DNA from: Escherichia phage BME3
Strand: one strand, 5' to 3'
DNA length: 64,000 bases
Sequence record: PP239276.1
Part shown: positions 55,148 through 63,583 of the stretch, one piece after another
Layout of the letters: each line of letters opens with the position of its first letter
Numbering within the stretch: the first letter of the stretch is position 1
Notes under the pieces: generated by a model
The model's database searches: none
Seen by the model: the letters and a program-made list of their open reading frames with translations, nothing else
What the model was told of the DNA's origin: nothing
Program-made: the position numbers and the translations under genes

Positions 55148-55238
55148 GTGTGGCGTGGCTTTGCCTAAGCGCCGAAGGCGCGGATCAAATATAAGCTGAA
55201 TTTATTACGCCCAGGTAGCCAGGGCGCATAAATATCAG
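55148..55238 (-). promoter_or_regulatory. GC-rich double hairpin element in AT-rich intergenic region
   Basis: GCGCC-GAA-GGCGC and CGCCC-AGGTAGCCA-GGGCG stem-loops within ~90 nt. Confidence 0.35.
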
Positions 55239-55242
55239 AAAT

Positions 55243-55491
55243 TTACCATCGAATAACTATTCGAGTAAAGTTTTCATCGTAATGAGATGTTTCTGTATCA
55301 ATAAAAGTTGAAAAACCTTCAGCATCCAAGCTAACTTTTGCGAAAGTTGGATAAAGCGTGTATATAGCAACTTCTCTGTCTCCATCTTTAGCTGCTCTCT
55401 CAATATACGCGTAGATATTTTGTAAACTCTCCTTTGCTTTGTTAAGTTCTGCGTTTTCTGCCAGTTCTCTCATTTTATCTGCTACAGTCAT
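55243..55491 (-). CDS. hypothetical protein
   Basis: 82-aa ORF. Confidence 0.45.
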   Translation of the reverse strand: MTVADKMRELAENAELNKAKESLQNIYAYIERAAKDGDREVAIYTLYPTFAKVSLDAEGFSTFIDTETSHYDENFTRIVIRW

Positions 55492-55760
55492 TTGTCAGTA
55501 TCCTTTTCAATAAATCCTGTGGTTTTACAAGGCACACATTCATACATCTGTCCAACATCTGCAACTACCCAACCCATTCCATTGCAATAAGGACAGATTG
55601 TTTTGTTCTCTTTAGCATACACAGCCAGAAGTCTTTCTTCTAGCTTGTTGTAATCAGCAAGAAGAACATAGTCTCCTTCTGGATCTGGTACAATATCACA
55701 TTGACCAGCAGCACCTTGGCTGTACACCTCTAAATCATATCGTGTAACCATTATTCCCAC
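55488..55760 (-). CDS. hypothetical protein (CDIVxDPxG family, copy 1)
   Basis: 90 aa; shares QCDIVPDPEGDYVLLADY with the 59590..59814 product (ACHCDIVEDPNGEMVYYEDY); also CPYCNG...CVPC. Confidence 0.45.
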   Translation of the reverse strand: MGIMVTRYDLEVYSQGAAGQCDIVPDPEGDYVLLADYNKLEERLLAVYAKENKTICPYCNGMGWVVADVGQMYECVPCKTTGFIEKDTDK

Positions 55761-55969
55761 TCCGCAATCAGTTTTGGATTTTCTGCACGAGAATAGAATG
55801 TTGTAATGTCACCGTAAGTGTACTCTTGTTCCGACAGTTTTACAAGAGAGATCATTTCACGATCTGGAGTACCAGGAATCCAGTCAAATACAGCAACACC
55901 ACGTGGTGTTACATAGAAACCAGATGTATTACCCGTAAACTTATCTTTTCCTTTATATAATTTGTACAC
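55751..55969 (-). CDS. hypothetical protein
   Basis: 72-aa ORF. Confidence 0.45.
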   Translation of the reverse strand: MYKLYKGKDKFTGNTSGFYVTPRGVAVFDWIPGTPDREMISLVKLSEQEYTYGDITTFYSRAENPKLIAEWE

Positions 55970-56176
55970 TTTCTACTCCTCATAGATAGAACCTATTAAA
56001 AACCTGCTATCAATCGGTATAAACAGTTTTACTTTTCGTAAAAAACATGCTACCCTAATCTTATATACCGAGCGATAGCGAGGTAGAGAATATTCCATGT
56101 TATACATGGAAAGAGTATATGTAATGTTACTAACTCTATAACTAACTATATACTCTTAATATCTTACTTACTACTC

Positions 56177-56440
56177 TTATTGAAGTTCAAAGATATCCCC
56201 ATCTCCATCATATCCATACTCTAACTCTCCTGTATCATATAATACAATAAAGTCTGTATCATCTTCAATAAAAGATCTAGCATAATCTACTAACTCTTCA
56301 TTATCTTCATAACCTTCCAGGTACTCAATACGACCATTGATACACTTAGCTGCAACAATTCCTGGGCCATTGCTTGGAGTCCACTCACTGTATACCCGCA
56401 TGCCTAATTCTTTAATCATTGTTTGTCTCCTCATAATCAA
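56177..56440 (-). CDS. hypothetical acidic protein
   Basis: 87-aa ORF. Confidence 0.45.
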   Translation of the reverse strand: MIMRRQTMIKELGMRVYSEWTPSNGPGIVAAKCINGRIEYLEGYEDNEELVDYARSFIEDDTDFIVLYDTGELEYGYDGDGDIFELQ

Positions 56441-56636
56441 CGTAATTGTAACACTTATTCTTTAAGAAATCTTCTGCTTGTTTATTATGTTTTAGAATGG
56501 TGCACTTCTCTATGTTATGTTCTACATTGTTGTGTAGCTTGTATAAGTTAGCTGCACCATACAGAATACCAATTAACAAAAGCAAAAAGATTGCTGTTGA
56601 TAACAAAAATTGTTGCAACTTGTTTACAGACTTCAT
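56412..56636 (-). CDS. small membrane-anchored protein (family B, copy 1)
   Basis: 74 aa; N-terminal TM, C-terminal KCTILKHNKQAEDFLKNKCYNYVDYE paralogous to 59824..60072 (QCIVFKHQRDAEKFLALDCNRYVSYQ). Confidence 0.45.
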   Translation of the reverse strand: MKSVNKLQQFLLSTAIFLLLLIGILYGAANLYKLHNNVEHNIEKCTILKHNKQAEDFLKNKCYNYVDYEETNND

Positions 56637-56859
56637 GAACCCTCCTTATCGTTAGTACACATTGATACTAACAAGAAGTTAAGATCGTGTCAACATCTTT
56701 GTGTTAATTTTATCCACTGTTCACATTCTTCTTTTGTGTCATACTCTACAGGCTTTCCTGTATCATTTCCACAACCATCTCCGAACGTAGCCCACCAGGA
56801 GAATAGAAAACAAGTTTCTCTTACTCTCCACTTATTAGCATAGGGCACAACATAATAAC

Positions 56860-57111
56860 TCATAAGGTTGTGATCCTTAGCTCATTTTTTAAGGTATGTC
56901 TCACACACTCTTTGAAATTGTTATCAATATACACCACACGTACTCCATGAGGTGTGTCTTTACATTCAAACACATTATATACAGTATCAGATAAGACATG
57001 TTGTACGTTTACTTGTCCAATGCCATTTTTAACCACAACCATTACTTTCAGTAAACTTGTATGGTTTTTAACTTCATCTGCTACGTATGCTACAACATCT
57101 TTGATATTCAT
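56860..57111 (-). CDS. hypothetical protein
   Basis: 83-aa ORF. Confidence 0.45.
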   Translation of the reverse strand: MNIKDVVAYVADEVKNHTSLLKVMVVVKNGIGQVNVQHVLSDTVYNVFECKDTPHGVRVVYIDNNFKECVRHTLKNELRITTL

Positions 57112-57407
57112 GGTTTCTCCTGTTTAAGTACGATATAGGATTGACGAGATTTCCATCGCCCTATCTTAACAAGGCAAATAATGCCTCTCTTTAACAAATA
57201 TTTCATATCTTCGTCATAAGCTGTTTGCAATTGCCACTTACTGTTAACAGGAAGCGAACCATGTACCCTTAAATGAGCTAACAAATACTTTCTTCGCTCT
57301 TTTCCATAAGGCAGGTATTGCCATTCTTTCTTTGATACAGGTTCATGTACTTTGCGATGCCAGTAAGTAAGGTGTCTTCTTTTATGTAAACCCCTATTCC
57401 TTACCAT
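57108..57407 (-). CDS. hypothetical basic protein
   Basis: 99-aa ORF, R/K/H-rich. Confidence 0.45.
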   Translation of the reverse strand: MVRNRGLHKRRHLTYWHRKVHEPVSKKEWQYLPYGKERRKYLLAHLRVHGSLPVNSKWQLQTAYDEDMKYLLKRGIICLVKIGRWKSRQSYIVLKQEKP

Positions 57408-57646
57408 TATACCTCTACCTCCGTTACCCCAGGATCTCTAGTCCAAGTGTAGTAGAGCATACCATCTTCTTTCAGTGCAATGCGATCACTTTCGTCTCGA
57501 AGATATAGGTCACATACTACGCGCAGTTGCGGATCTGATCCGAGTAGTTCTGAAACAATAAGGTCATCACCGCTCATACGAGCAACAATCACTGCATATT
57601 GACCAGTATCTGCATCAAAAATTGGTTGTCCGATGTTTAATTGCAT
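57407..57646 (-). CDS. hypothetical protein
   Basis: 79-aa ORF. Confidence 0.45.
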   Translation of the reverse strand: MQLNIGQPIFDADTGQYAVIVARMSGDDLIVSELLGSDPQLRVVCDLYLRDESDRIALKEDGMLYYTWTRDPGVTEVEV

Positions 57647-57918
57647 TGTGTTGTCTCCTTATTCAGTACGTTGTTTTGTGCTGCGCACCAGCACTCATAA
57701 AAACCTTGGGTTAATGGCATAGTGTAATTTCCAGAAGGATCTCTTTCGAGATCCCCATCTGCATAACAACCACTACCTAAGAACCATTTTTCAAAATCGG
57801 ATAAATCATCCCAATCTACACTATTTTTCATATTATACTGTCTTATACCCGACAATGGCAACCTGATTCGTAGGCTTCCAACGACCAATAATCTCACCAG
57901 AAATCTCTGTGCTACCAT
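57637..57918 (-). CDS. hypothetical protein
   Basis: 93-aa track ORF; probable start at internal MKNSVDWDD near 57831. Confidence 0.4.
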   Translation of the reverse strand: MVAQRFLVRLLVVGSLRIRLPLSGIRQYNMKNSVDWDDLSDFEKWFLGSGCYADGDLERDPSGNYTMPLTQGFYECWCAAQNNVLNKETTQCN

Positions 57919-58324
57919 TTATGTATTGGTAATGGGTATCATCATGATTAACCCATGCCATAACGTCAAGAGTAGGGGTTTTGACGTGTACCAGTAATGT
58001 AGCCCATTCTGGGGCTTCTTTAATATCTACAGAATCTTGCCAATCTTCTTCGATATGCCAAGTAGGTTCACCATCAACATCTGTAACGAAGAAACGAGCT
58101 TTCATACGTTTAAAGAACATTGGTGTATACCCGTGATCGCACTCTGGGATAAAATCATCCATTGTCTCGTCATAGGTGAAATATTGTCCATCTTTGTAAT
58201 GAAAAGATGCGCAAAACAGTTCATTACGAGCAGGAACATGCCATACAGCTACAAAACTACGACCATGTGGATAATGTTTAACCTCTTGCATAGTTTTCTC
58301 CTTATTTTTATTCAAAAGAATCAA
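57833..58324 (-). CDS. hypothetical protein
   Basis: 163-aa track ORF; AAGGAG RBS before internal MQEVKHYPH near 58291. Confidence 0.5.
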   Translation of the reverse strand: MILLNKNKEKTMQEVKHYPHGRSFVAVWHVPARNELFCASFHYKDGQYFTYDETMDDFIPECDHGYTPMFFKRMKARFFVTDVDGEPTWHIEEDWQDSVDIKEAPEWATLLVHVKTPTLDVMAWVNHDDTHYQYINGSTEISGEIIGRWKPTNQVAIVGYKTV

Positions 58325-58751
58325 TTCGATTTTGTTCTATGTCAATTGCAGCATCTAAGATAAGTTTTAACGCTTCAAATTGCAAGTCTTCTTCTAAAGA
58401 GAAGACATATAAAACAACGGACTCCAAGTAAGACAGCACCCCAAGACTAAGAGTTGCAATCTCTACTCCTGCATCGGAGAAGCCTGTTTGCAAAACTTCT
58501 TTGAAGAAACGTTGTTTATCAACAATAGCAGATAAAATAAGCGTTTTACGCTCCTCTGCTGATCGCACTGTGCTGTATATGTTGCTAAAAGAGTCCAGCC
58601 ACATTTTGATCATACCTTGGCGGTACATAAGGATTTCAATATCAGCCAACATATTATTTATCCTCTGGAGAGAGATTTGTATTAATTTGATAGTAAAAAT
58701 CAAAATCCTTGTGTTGATCGCACCATTCTTGAGCCTCTTTAAATGACGCAA
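58308..58751 (-). CDS. hypothetical protein
   Basis: 147-aa ORF. Confidence 0.45.
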   Translation of the reverse strand: MRHLKRLKNGAINTRILIFTIKLIQISLQRINNMLADIEILMYRQGMIKMWLDSFSNIYSTVRSAEERKTLILSAIVDKQRFFKEVLQTGFSDAGVEIATLSLGVLSYLESVVLYVFSLEEDLQFEALKLILDAAIDIEQNRIDSFE

Positions 58752-58826
58752 ATTGCATAGTGAATGTTGCCATCCATGTGTTCATATTTTTATTGAACTT
58801 GTCGATAAAAAATGTTTGCATTTTCA

Positions 58827-59411
58827 TTACACATCCTCCATTTGGAACATCTCTTTGTGGTTAGAATAGATCTGTTTGAAAATCTTGTCAAGACGTTCAT
58901 ATGATTCTTTATGCTCTTGTTTCCATCCTTGATTTCGGATTTTATCTGCCAGGTCATAAACCTCGCATAAAACTTTGGCAAAGTTGGTATTATTTATAGC
59001 ACAAGCCTCAAAACCTTGAACTAAACCCTCTACATCGTACCACGTATAGTCAGAGTCACTAGGAGGCTTTCCTGCATCGGCTAAACGTTGCCTCACCCAT
59101 TCGATACGTTTTTCATTCAAATGGCACTTACCTTCTCTACACTCTTGTTCTAATTCTTCTTTAGATTCATTGAATGGGTGAAGGACAGGTAGCTCTGCTT
59201 TTTGCAATTGCTCCAGATATTCTCCTACAATGCGCATAGCTTCACTGTGTGTACACTTTCTACCTGTGTGCCAGTAACGGAAGATACTTTCTGTTAAACA
59301 GATGTTTTTACTAAACATCGCATTGTCTTTAACATTCGATCTATTAACCCAGTCTATATAATATACATAAAACTGCAATAATTCATAACTGCTTGGTATA
59401 ATTTTACTCAT
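58827..59411 (-). CDS. hypothetical protein (family A, copy 1)
   Basis: 194 aa; shares LHPFN and RIEWVRQRL-type segments with the 60035..60385 and 62125..62547 products. Confidence 0.5.
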   Translation of the reverse strand: MSKIIPSSYELLQFYVYYIDWVNRSNVKDNAMFSKNICLTESIFRYWHTGRKCTHSEAMRIVGEYLEQLQKAELPVLHPFNESKEELEQECREGKCHLNEKRIEWVRQRLADAGKPPSDSDYTWYDVEGLVQGFEACAINNTNFAKVLCEVYDLADKIRNQGWKQEHKESYERLDKIFKQIYSNHKEMFQMEDV

Positions 59412-59589
59412 AACCTCTCCTTAATTGTGCAAAATGTTATCGATCAGTATGACTAATAATACGAGGATAGAAGGGAGTAGGAATAGAAATCTTAACATTA
59501 TGTGATGCGTGTGAGAAGCGGCTTTAGCGCCAGCCGCCAGTAAGCCTACTAATCCTACAATAAAGAGGAGTTGTTCAGGGACACCCATA

Positions 59590-59814
59590 TTATGAAACAC
59601 TTGGATACTCCGTAAGTTCGGCTAATAGTTGGATATGTGGACACGTGAATTGTTGTCCTGGATAGCGTGAGCTAATATCATCCAGTAAAGCAATCACAGC
59701 ATTGTGCAATGCTTCGTAATCCTCATAATACACCATCTCTCCATTAGGATCTTCAACAATATCACAGTGACAAGCGTGAGCAGTACACGCATCCCATTCC
59801 AGACGTTTTACCAT
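59590..59814 (-). CDS. hypothetical protein (CDIVxDPxG family, copy 2)
   Basis: 74 aa; paralogous to the 55488..55760 product. Confidence 0.45.
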   Translation of the reverse strand: MVKRLEWDACTAHACHCDIVEDPNGEMVYYEDYEALHNAVIALLDDISSRYPGQQFTCPHIQLLAELTEYPSVS

Positions 59815-59823
59815 AAATCCTCC

Positions 59824-60072
59824 TTACTTATACATTTGATAAGATACATAGCGATTACAATCAAGTGCGAGAAACTTTTCAGCATCTCTTTGATGCTTGA
59901 ACACAATACACTGTTCTTTTTTAGCTTCACTTTCACGAGCTTCTCTTGCCATATACTCGCCTAAACGAATGATACCAGAGAATAACACGTATGCAAGAAT
60001 AAGACAAAGAGTGATTGCACAGAAAGTTTTAAACTTAACCATTGTATTCCTCCATATCACGAATACGATCAA
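59824..60072 (-). CDS. small membrane-anchored protein (family B, copy 2)
   Basis: 82 aa; TM helix then Cys-containing C-terminal domain paralogous to 56412..56636; GGAGG RBS before internal MVKFKT. Confidence 0.45.
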   Translation of the reverse strand: MIVFVIWRNTMVKFKTFCAITLCLILAYVLFSGIIRLGEYMAREARESEAKKEQCIVFKHQRDAEKFLALDCNRYVSYQMYK

Positions 60073-60385
60073 TCACCCATTGTACACGTTCTTTGTTAAG
60101 GTGTGCAATGCCTAACTCTGTTTCCGTAAAGTAATGTGAGAAATCTGTATTAAATGGGTGTAAATGGTTCAAACCCGCTTTCTTAAACTGTTCCTTCATT
60201 TCCTCTCGTACAGAGGACTGGAGGTTTGCTACATTCTCAACATCTTTTATCCAAGCGATATTGTATAAGAAGTCTACAAGACACGTGCAAAGACCATAAT
60301 GCTTTTTGCTAAAGTTTGTATCTTCTTGTTCTAACCACCATTCATAAAATTGTAGCAAATAGGGGCTGCTTTTCATGTTACACAC
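60035..60385 (-). CDS. hypothetical protein (family A, copy 2)
   Basis: 116 aa; LLQFYEWWLEQ, GLCTCLVDFL, LHPFN, RVQWVIDRI shared with the 62125..62547 product. Confidence 0.5.
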   Translation of the reverse strand: MCNMKSSPYLLQFYEWWLEQEDTNFSKKHYGLCTCLVDFLYNIAWIKDVENVANLQSSVREEMKEQFKKAGLNHLHPFNTDFSHYFTETELGIAHLNKERVQWVIDRIRDMEEYNG

Positions 60386-60398
60386 TTTATTATTCTCC

Positions 60399-60698
60399 TT
60401 AATGCCAATCTACGATCACTGAATCTACAAAACCCTCTTTGGTGTTTAAAGCATACACCTTACTAAGCCCACGCTCTCGTAGTGCTTCCATAGCAAGATC
60501 AATCAAATCAACTTGGCGTTTCCTTGCTTGTTCATTTGTCGGATAGTCATCCAAACCGAAAACAGATGGTTTAAATGCTTTGGAGTATTTGCCAGTCTTA
60601 GCCTGGTCATAACAGTCCTGAATAACTTCATCAATAGGAAACCATAAGCCTTCTCCACTTTGCTTTGCAATACAACGCAGTTTTTCTGTAACAGTCAT
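60399..60698 (-). CDS. hypothetical protein
   Basis: 99-aa ORF. Confidence 0.45.
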   Translation of the reverse strand: MTVTEKLRCIAKQSGEGLWFPIDEVIQDCYDQAKTGKYSKAFKPSVFGLDDYPTNEQARKRQVDLIDLAMEALRERGLSKVYALNTKEGFVDSVIVDWH

Positions 60699-60907
60699 TC
60701 TTCCTCTCCTTTCAATTTACACTCAAAGATACCATTCTTAATGTTATCTGTCAAATAAAGACTATCTTCTATCTCTTCTTTTGTATACACATAAGCCTCC
60801 TTTTCCACGTCTGTCAGACCTTGCATCGGAGCTAGTAGCCACCAGCCCCGCCAGTCAAACATAGGAGACTTATCAGATACACGAAGAATGTATCTGTCAT
60901 TACACAT
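60695..60907 (-). CDS. hypothetical protein
   Basis: 70-aa ORF. Confidence 0.4.
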   Translation of the reverse strand: MCNDRYILRVSDKSPMFDWRGWWLLAPMQGLTDVEKEAYVYTKEEIEDSLYLTDNIKNGIFECKLKGEEE

Positions 60908-60910
60908 ATA

Positions 60911-61363
60911 TTATACGATGTTCACACTAATATCTGCAACACCAACAAGAGAATAGATTTCAACTACACTCTGTGTACGATCCAGCTTGTAACGTTTCGC
61001 CTCTTTTTCAACTTCCTCACGGTAGATAGTTTCCATGATCGGAACTCCATCCACTACAAGCAGGTATTTCTCTTCGTGTTTACTTTTTGGTGCTTCCTCT
61101 AAGACTTCTACAAAATACTCAAACTCACTTTTGGCAAGCAACGTGTAACACTGAAGAAAGTCTCCTTCATTTTGAGCGATAATTTCTTGTTCTCCTGTTA
61201 AGGATTGCAAAGCAGTGACACCATACCAATCATCCACATCTAATACACGAAAATAGGAATCACCTAAAAAAGAAGCAATCCTGCTATTGCACTCAGACAT
61301 GTTAGCAAACTTACGGATATAAGATGGGTTTTTAAAACGATACACTTTACCAATTTCAAACAT
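60911..61363 (-). CDS. hypothetical protein
   Basis: 150-aa ORF. Confidence 0.5.
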   Translation of the reverse strand: MFEIGKVYRFKNPSYIRKFANMSECNSRIASFLGDSYFRVLDVDDWYGVTALQSLTGEQEIIAQNEGDFLQCYTLLAKSEFEYFVEVLEEAPKSKHEEKYLLVVDGVPIMETIYREEVEKEAKRYKLDRTQSVVEIYSLVGVADISVNIV

Positions 61364-61378
61364 TACACAACTCCTTTT

Positions 61379-61639
61379 TTAAACAGTATATTCGTGTGGA
61401 AGGAAAACATAATCTTCTCCTTCAACAACATCAACTACTTCCCACTTCCAGCCAGGTACTTGGCTCATTGTCTTGAATGACACATAAGCAACTCCGCTGT
61501 AAGCGATATCGGCATCTAACATAAGAGGGAAAGCAACGTGTGTCAACCCCAGATAACCACAATTATTTTCAATATACACCTGAATGCTTTTCATGTTATG
61601 CTCCATTAAAGACGGGGCGTGTAGCGTTACGTTCATCAT
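61379..61639 (-). CDS. hypothetical protein
   Basis: 86-aa track ORF; true start probably an internal Met. Confidence 0.45.
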   Translation of the reverse strand: MMNVTLHAPSLMEHNMKSIQVYIENNCGYLGLTHVAFPLMLDADIAYSGVAYVSFKTMSQVPGWKWEVVDVVEGEDYVFLPHEYTV

Positions 61640-62054
61640 TCACTGTAATAAGGTTTTTCATAACCATAACACCCTGAATATAGCCTAGCCAACGATGGCG
61701 TTTGGTTTCAGACATACCATTACACCCATCCTGAATTTCATTCAACATCCACAGTAAGTGGGGAACACCTGTTTCACTAGTATCTGGATCTTCTACAGAA
61801 CTAAGAATAGTTTCATAGCGTTCACAAATTTCTGGGTAGAATTCATAATCCTGTTGTACATCTCGCATTTCTTGAATGAAGTGACGAGCAATAGGTTTTC
61901 CACGAAAATATTCATTGAGGAAATCAATAACACACATCTCACTGCCTGTCACCACGGAAGGCTTTCCTGTGTTAAATTGAACACTCACACCGCATTCTTT
62001 TACCAGATTATGTACACGCTCCGTGTTAGCAAGATACAAAGATACAGTTTTCAT
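61596..62054 (-). CDS. hypothetical protein
   Basis: 152-aa ORF. Confidence 0.5.
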   Translation of the reverse strand: MKTVSLYLANTERVHNLVKECGVSVQFNTGKPSVVTGSEMCVIDFLNEYFRGKPIARHFIQEMRDVQQDYEFYPEICERYETILSSVEDPDTSETGVPHLLWMLNEIQDGCNGMSETKRHRWLGYIQGVMVMKNLITVNDERNATRPVFNGA

Positions 62055-62124
62055 TTACACCTCTCATTAGTAGTTTGTTATGCGCGATATTGCATATCTT
62101 ATGGAACACAGTGTACAGGCATTT

Positions 62125-62547
62125 CTATTCAATGCAAGCATTATTTGCATCTTCGATTCTGTCTTTCACCCACTGCAATCTCTTTGGGTTGGTATGGCAA
62201 GAATGTGTCTTACCTTCGTCTTCATAACACAGAAGATCATAATTAAAGGGTAGGAAGGAGGATAGCCCAGCACACGTGAATTGCAGTTTCATCTCTTCCA
62301 GCGTTTTGCTACGAACCATCTTGAAATGTTCTATATCTTCTTGCGTAGGTTTTTTCTTTGACATAGTGGTTGCCAGGTAATCCATAAGGCAATTACACAA
62401 ACCAACATTCTCACGATGCATTGAGGAATGATCTTCCATCCATGCTTTATAGAATTCTAACAGCAGTGGACTGCTAAGAGGAACACACATATCAGACTCC
62501 TTTATAAATTTACGTTTCATGCCACACATAATACAGCGTCTTTTCAT
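62125..62547 (-). CDS. hypothetical protein (family A, copy 3)
   Basis: 140 aa; LLEFYKAWMED, GLCNCLMDYL, LPFN, RLQWVKDRI; first gene downstream of the repeat-containing non-coding region. Confidence 0.5.
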   Translation of the reverse strand: MKRRCIMCGMKRKFIKESDMCVPLSSPLLLEFYKAWMEDHSSMHRENVGLCNCLMDYLATTMSKKKPTQEDIEHFKMVRSKTLEEMKLQFTCAGLSSFLPFNYDLLCYEDEGKTHSCHTNPKRLQWVKDRIEDANNACIE

Positions 62548-62721
62548 CTATTACAAGAACAGTAACATAGGAACATCATTAATGAAGGAATTAGTATAGG
62601 TATTCCCTATCAATTATTCTATATATACCTATTATTTTTAACACACCCATTTGTACATAATATAGACAAATAAATATCTATGCCACAAAAATTTTCCGGT
62701 ATACCCGATTTATTTCGACAC

Positions 62722-63139
62722 ACCCCCTTTTCATAAGCGTAAAGTCAATAATATCAATAACTTGCCGCAAAATACTGCTCGCTTGCGAGAGGTGCTTAAC
62801 GCGATTTTCAGCGCCCCCCGATTTCTGCCGACCGTCCCCCTCAAATATCAATGAGAATAATTATCATTTGCATTATCATTCAATGACTTATAAGACTTTT
62901 GATTATTTTCTGAGCGAAAAAGGTGCTACTCACAACAAAACAGATAAATTCTAAGTAAATCAATGACTTGGCAAGTCTAAACATCTATATACACCTTGCC
63001 AAATGAAATGATCCTGCGTGAAATAGTGCTACCCGTGGAAGATAGCTGATAATGATTATCATTTGCATATTTTCTATACTATAAAACGCCCTAAAAATCA
63101 AGATAATTCTACTTTATTGCGCTTTTAAGAAAGTAGGCT
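62722..63139. repeat. direct repeat copy 1 (~417 bp)
   Basis: Near-identical to 63584..64000 (about 3 mismatches, all near the 5' end); contains inverted repeat TTGGCAAG-N21-CTTGCCAA and hairpin CTCGC-TTG-CGAG. Confidence 0.8.
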
Positions 63140-63140
63140 C

Positions 63141-63212
63141 AACAAATAGGGAGATACATTGCAACAAATAGGGGTAATTTTATCCAACAAATAACAACAA
63201 ATAGTAAGTTAT
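63141..63212. repeat. iteron-like short direct repeats (CAACAAATAG x4)
   Basis: caacaaataggg...caacaaatagggg...ccaacaaataa...caacaaatagtaag within ~70 nt between the two large repeat copies. Confidence 0.6.
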
Positions 63213-63439
63213 ATGGGGCAATAGTATGAAAAATCATCTATTCAGATATAAATAATTTTGCGCAATAGTAGTAATATTTTCTTGACAAGAAAGATTTCTT
63301 TGTGTTCACATAGCGCCCCCTGGAAGGTGGCGCATTATGATCATCGGTGTCATTATTCACGATGTTTACTATTGCATAGCTCATTATTTAGCTTATATTA
63401 TAGCCAATGTTCTAAACATTAGCTAATAATAACGCACCG

Positions 63440-63540
63440 CAACAATGTAAGGGAATACAATATACCATGTATATTGTTGCGCTTGCAATTGTTGCAAGCT
63501 ACATAAGCACAAATAATAACTATCGGTGATAGTTATTATG
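63440..63540. promoter_or_regulatory. cluster of perfect palindromes (candidate operator/origin elements)
   Basis: GCTTGCAA-TTG-TTGCAAGC and AATAACTATC-GGT-GATAGTTATT lie within ~60 nt; coordinates approximate. Confidence 0.45.
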
Positions 63541-63583
63541 TGGGGTGTGTAGTTGCGTTATTATTAGCCGCCTATGTGTCCGG

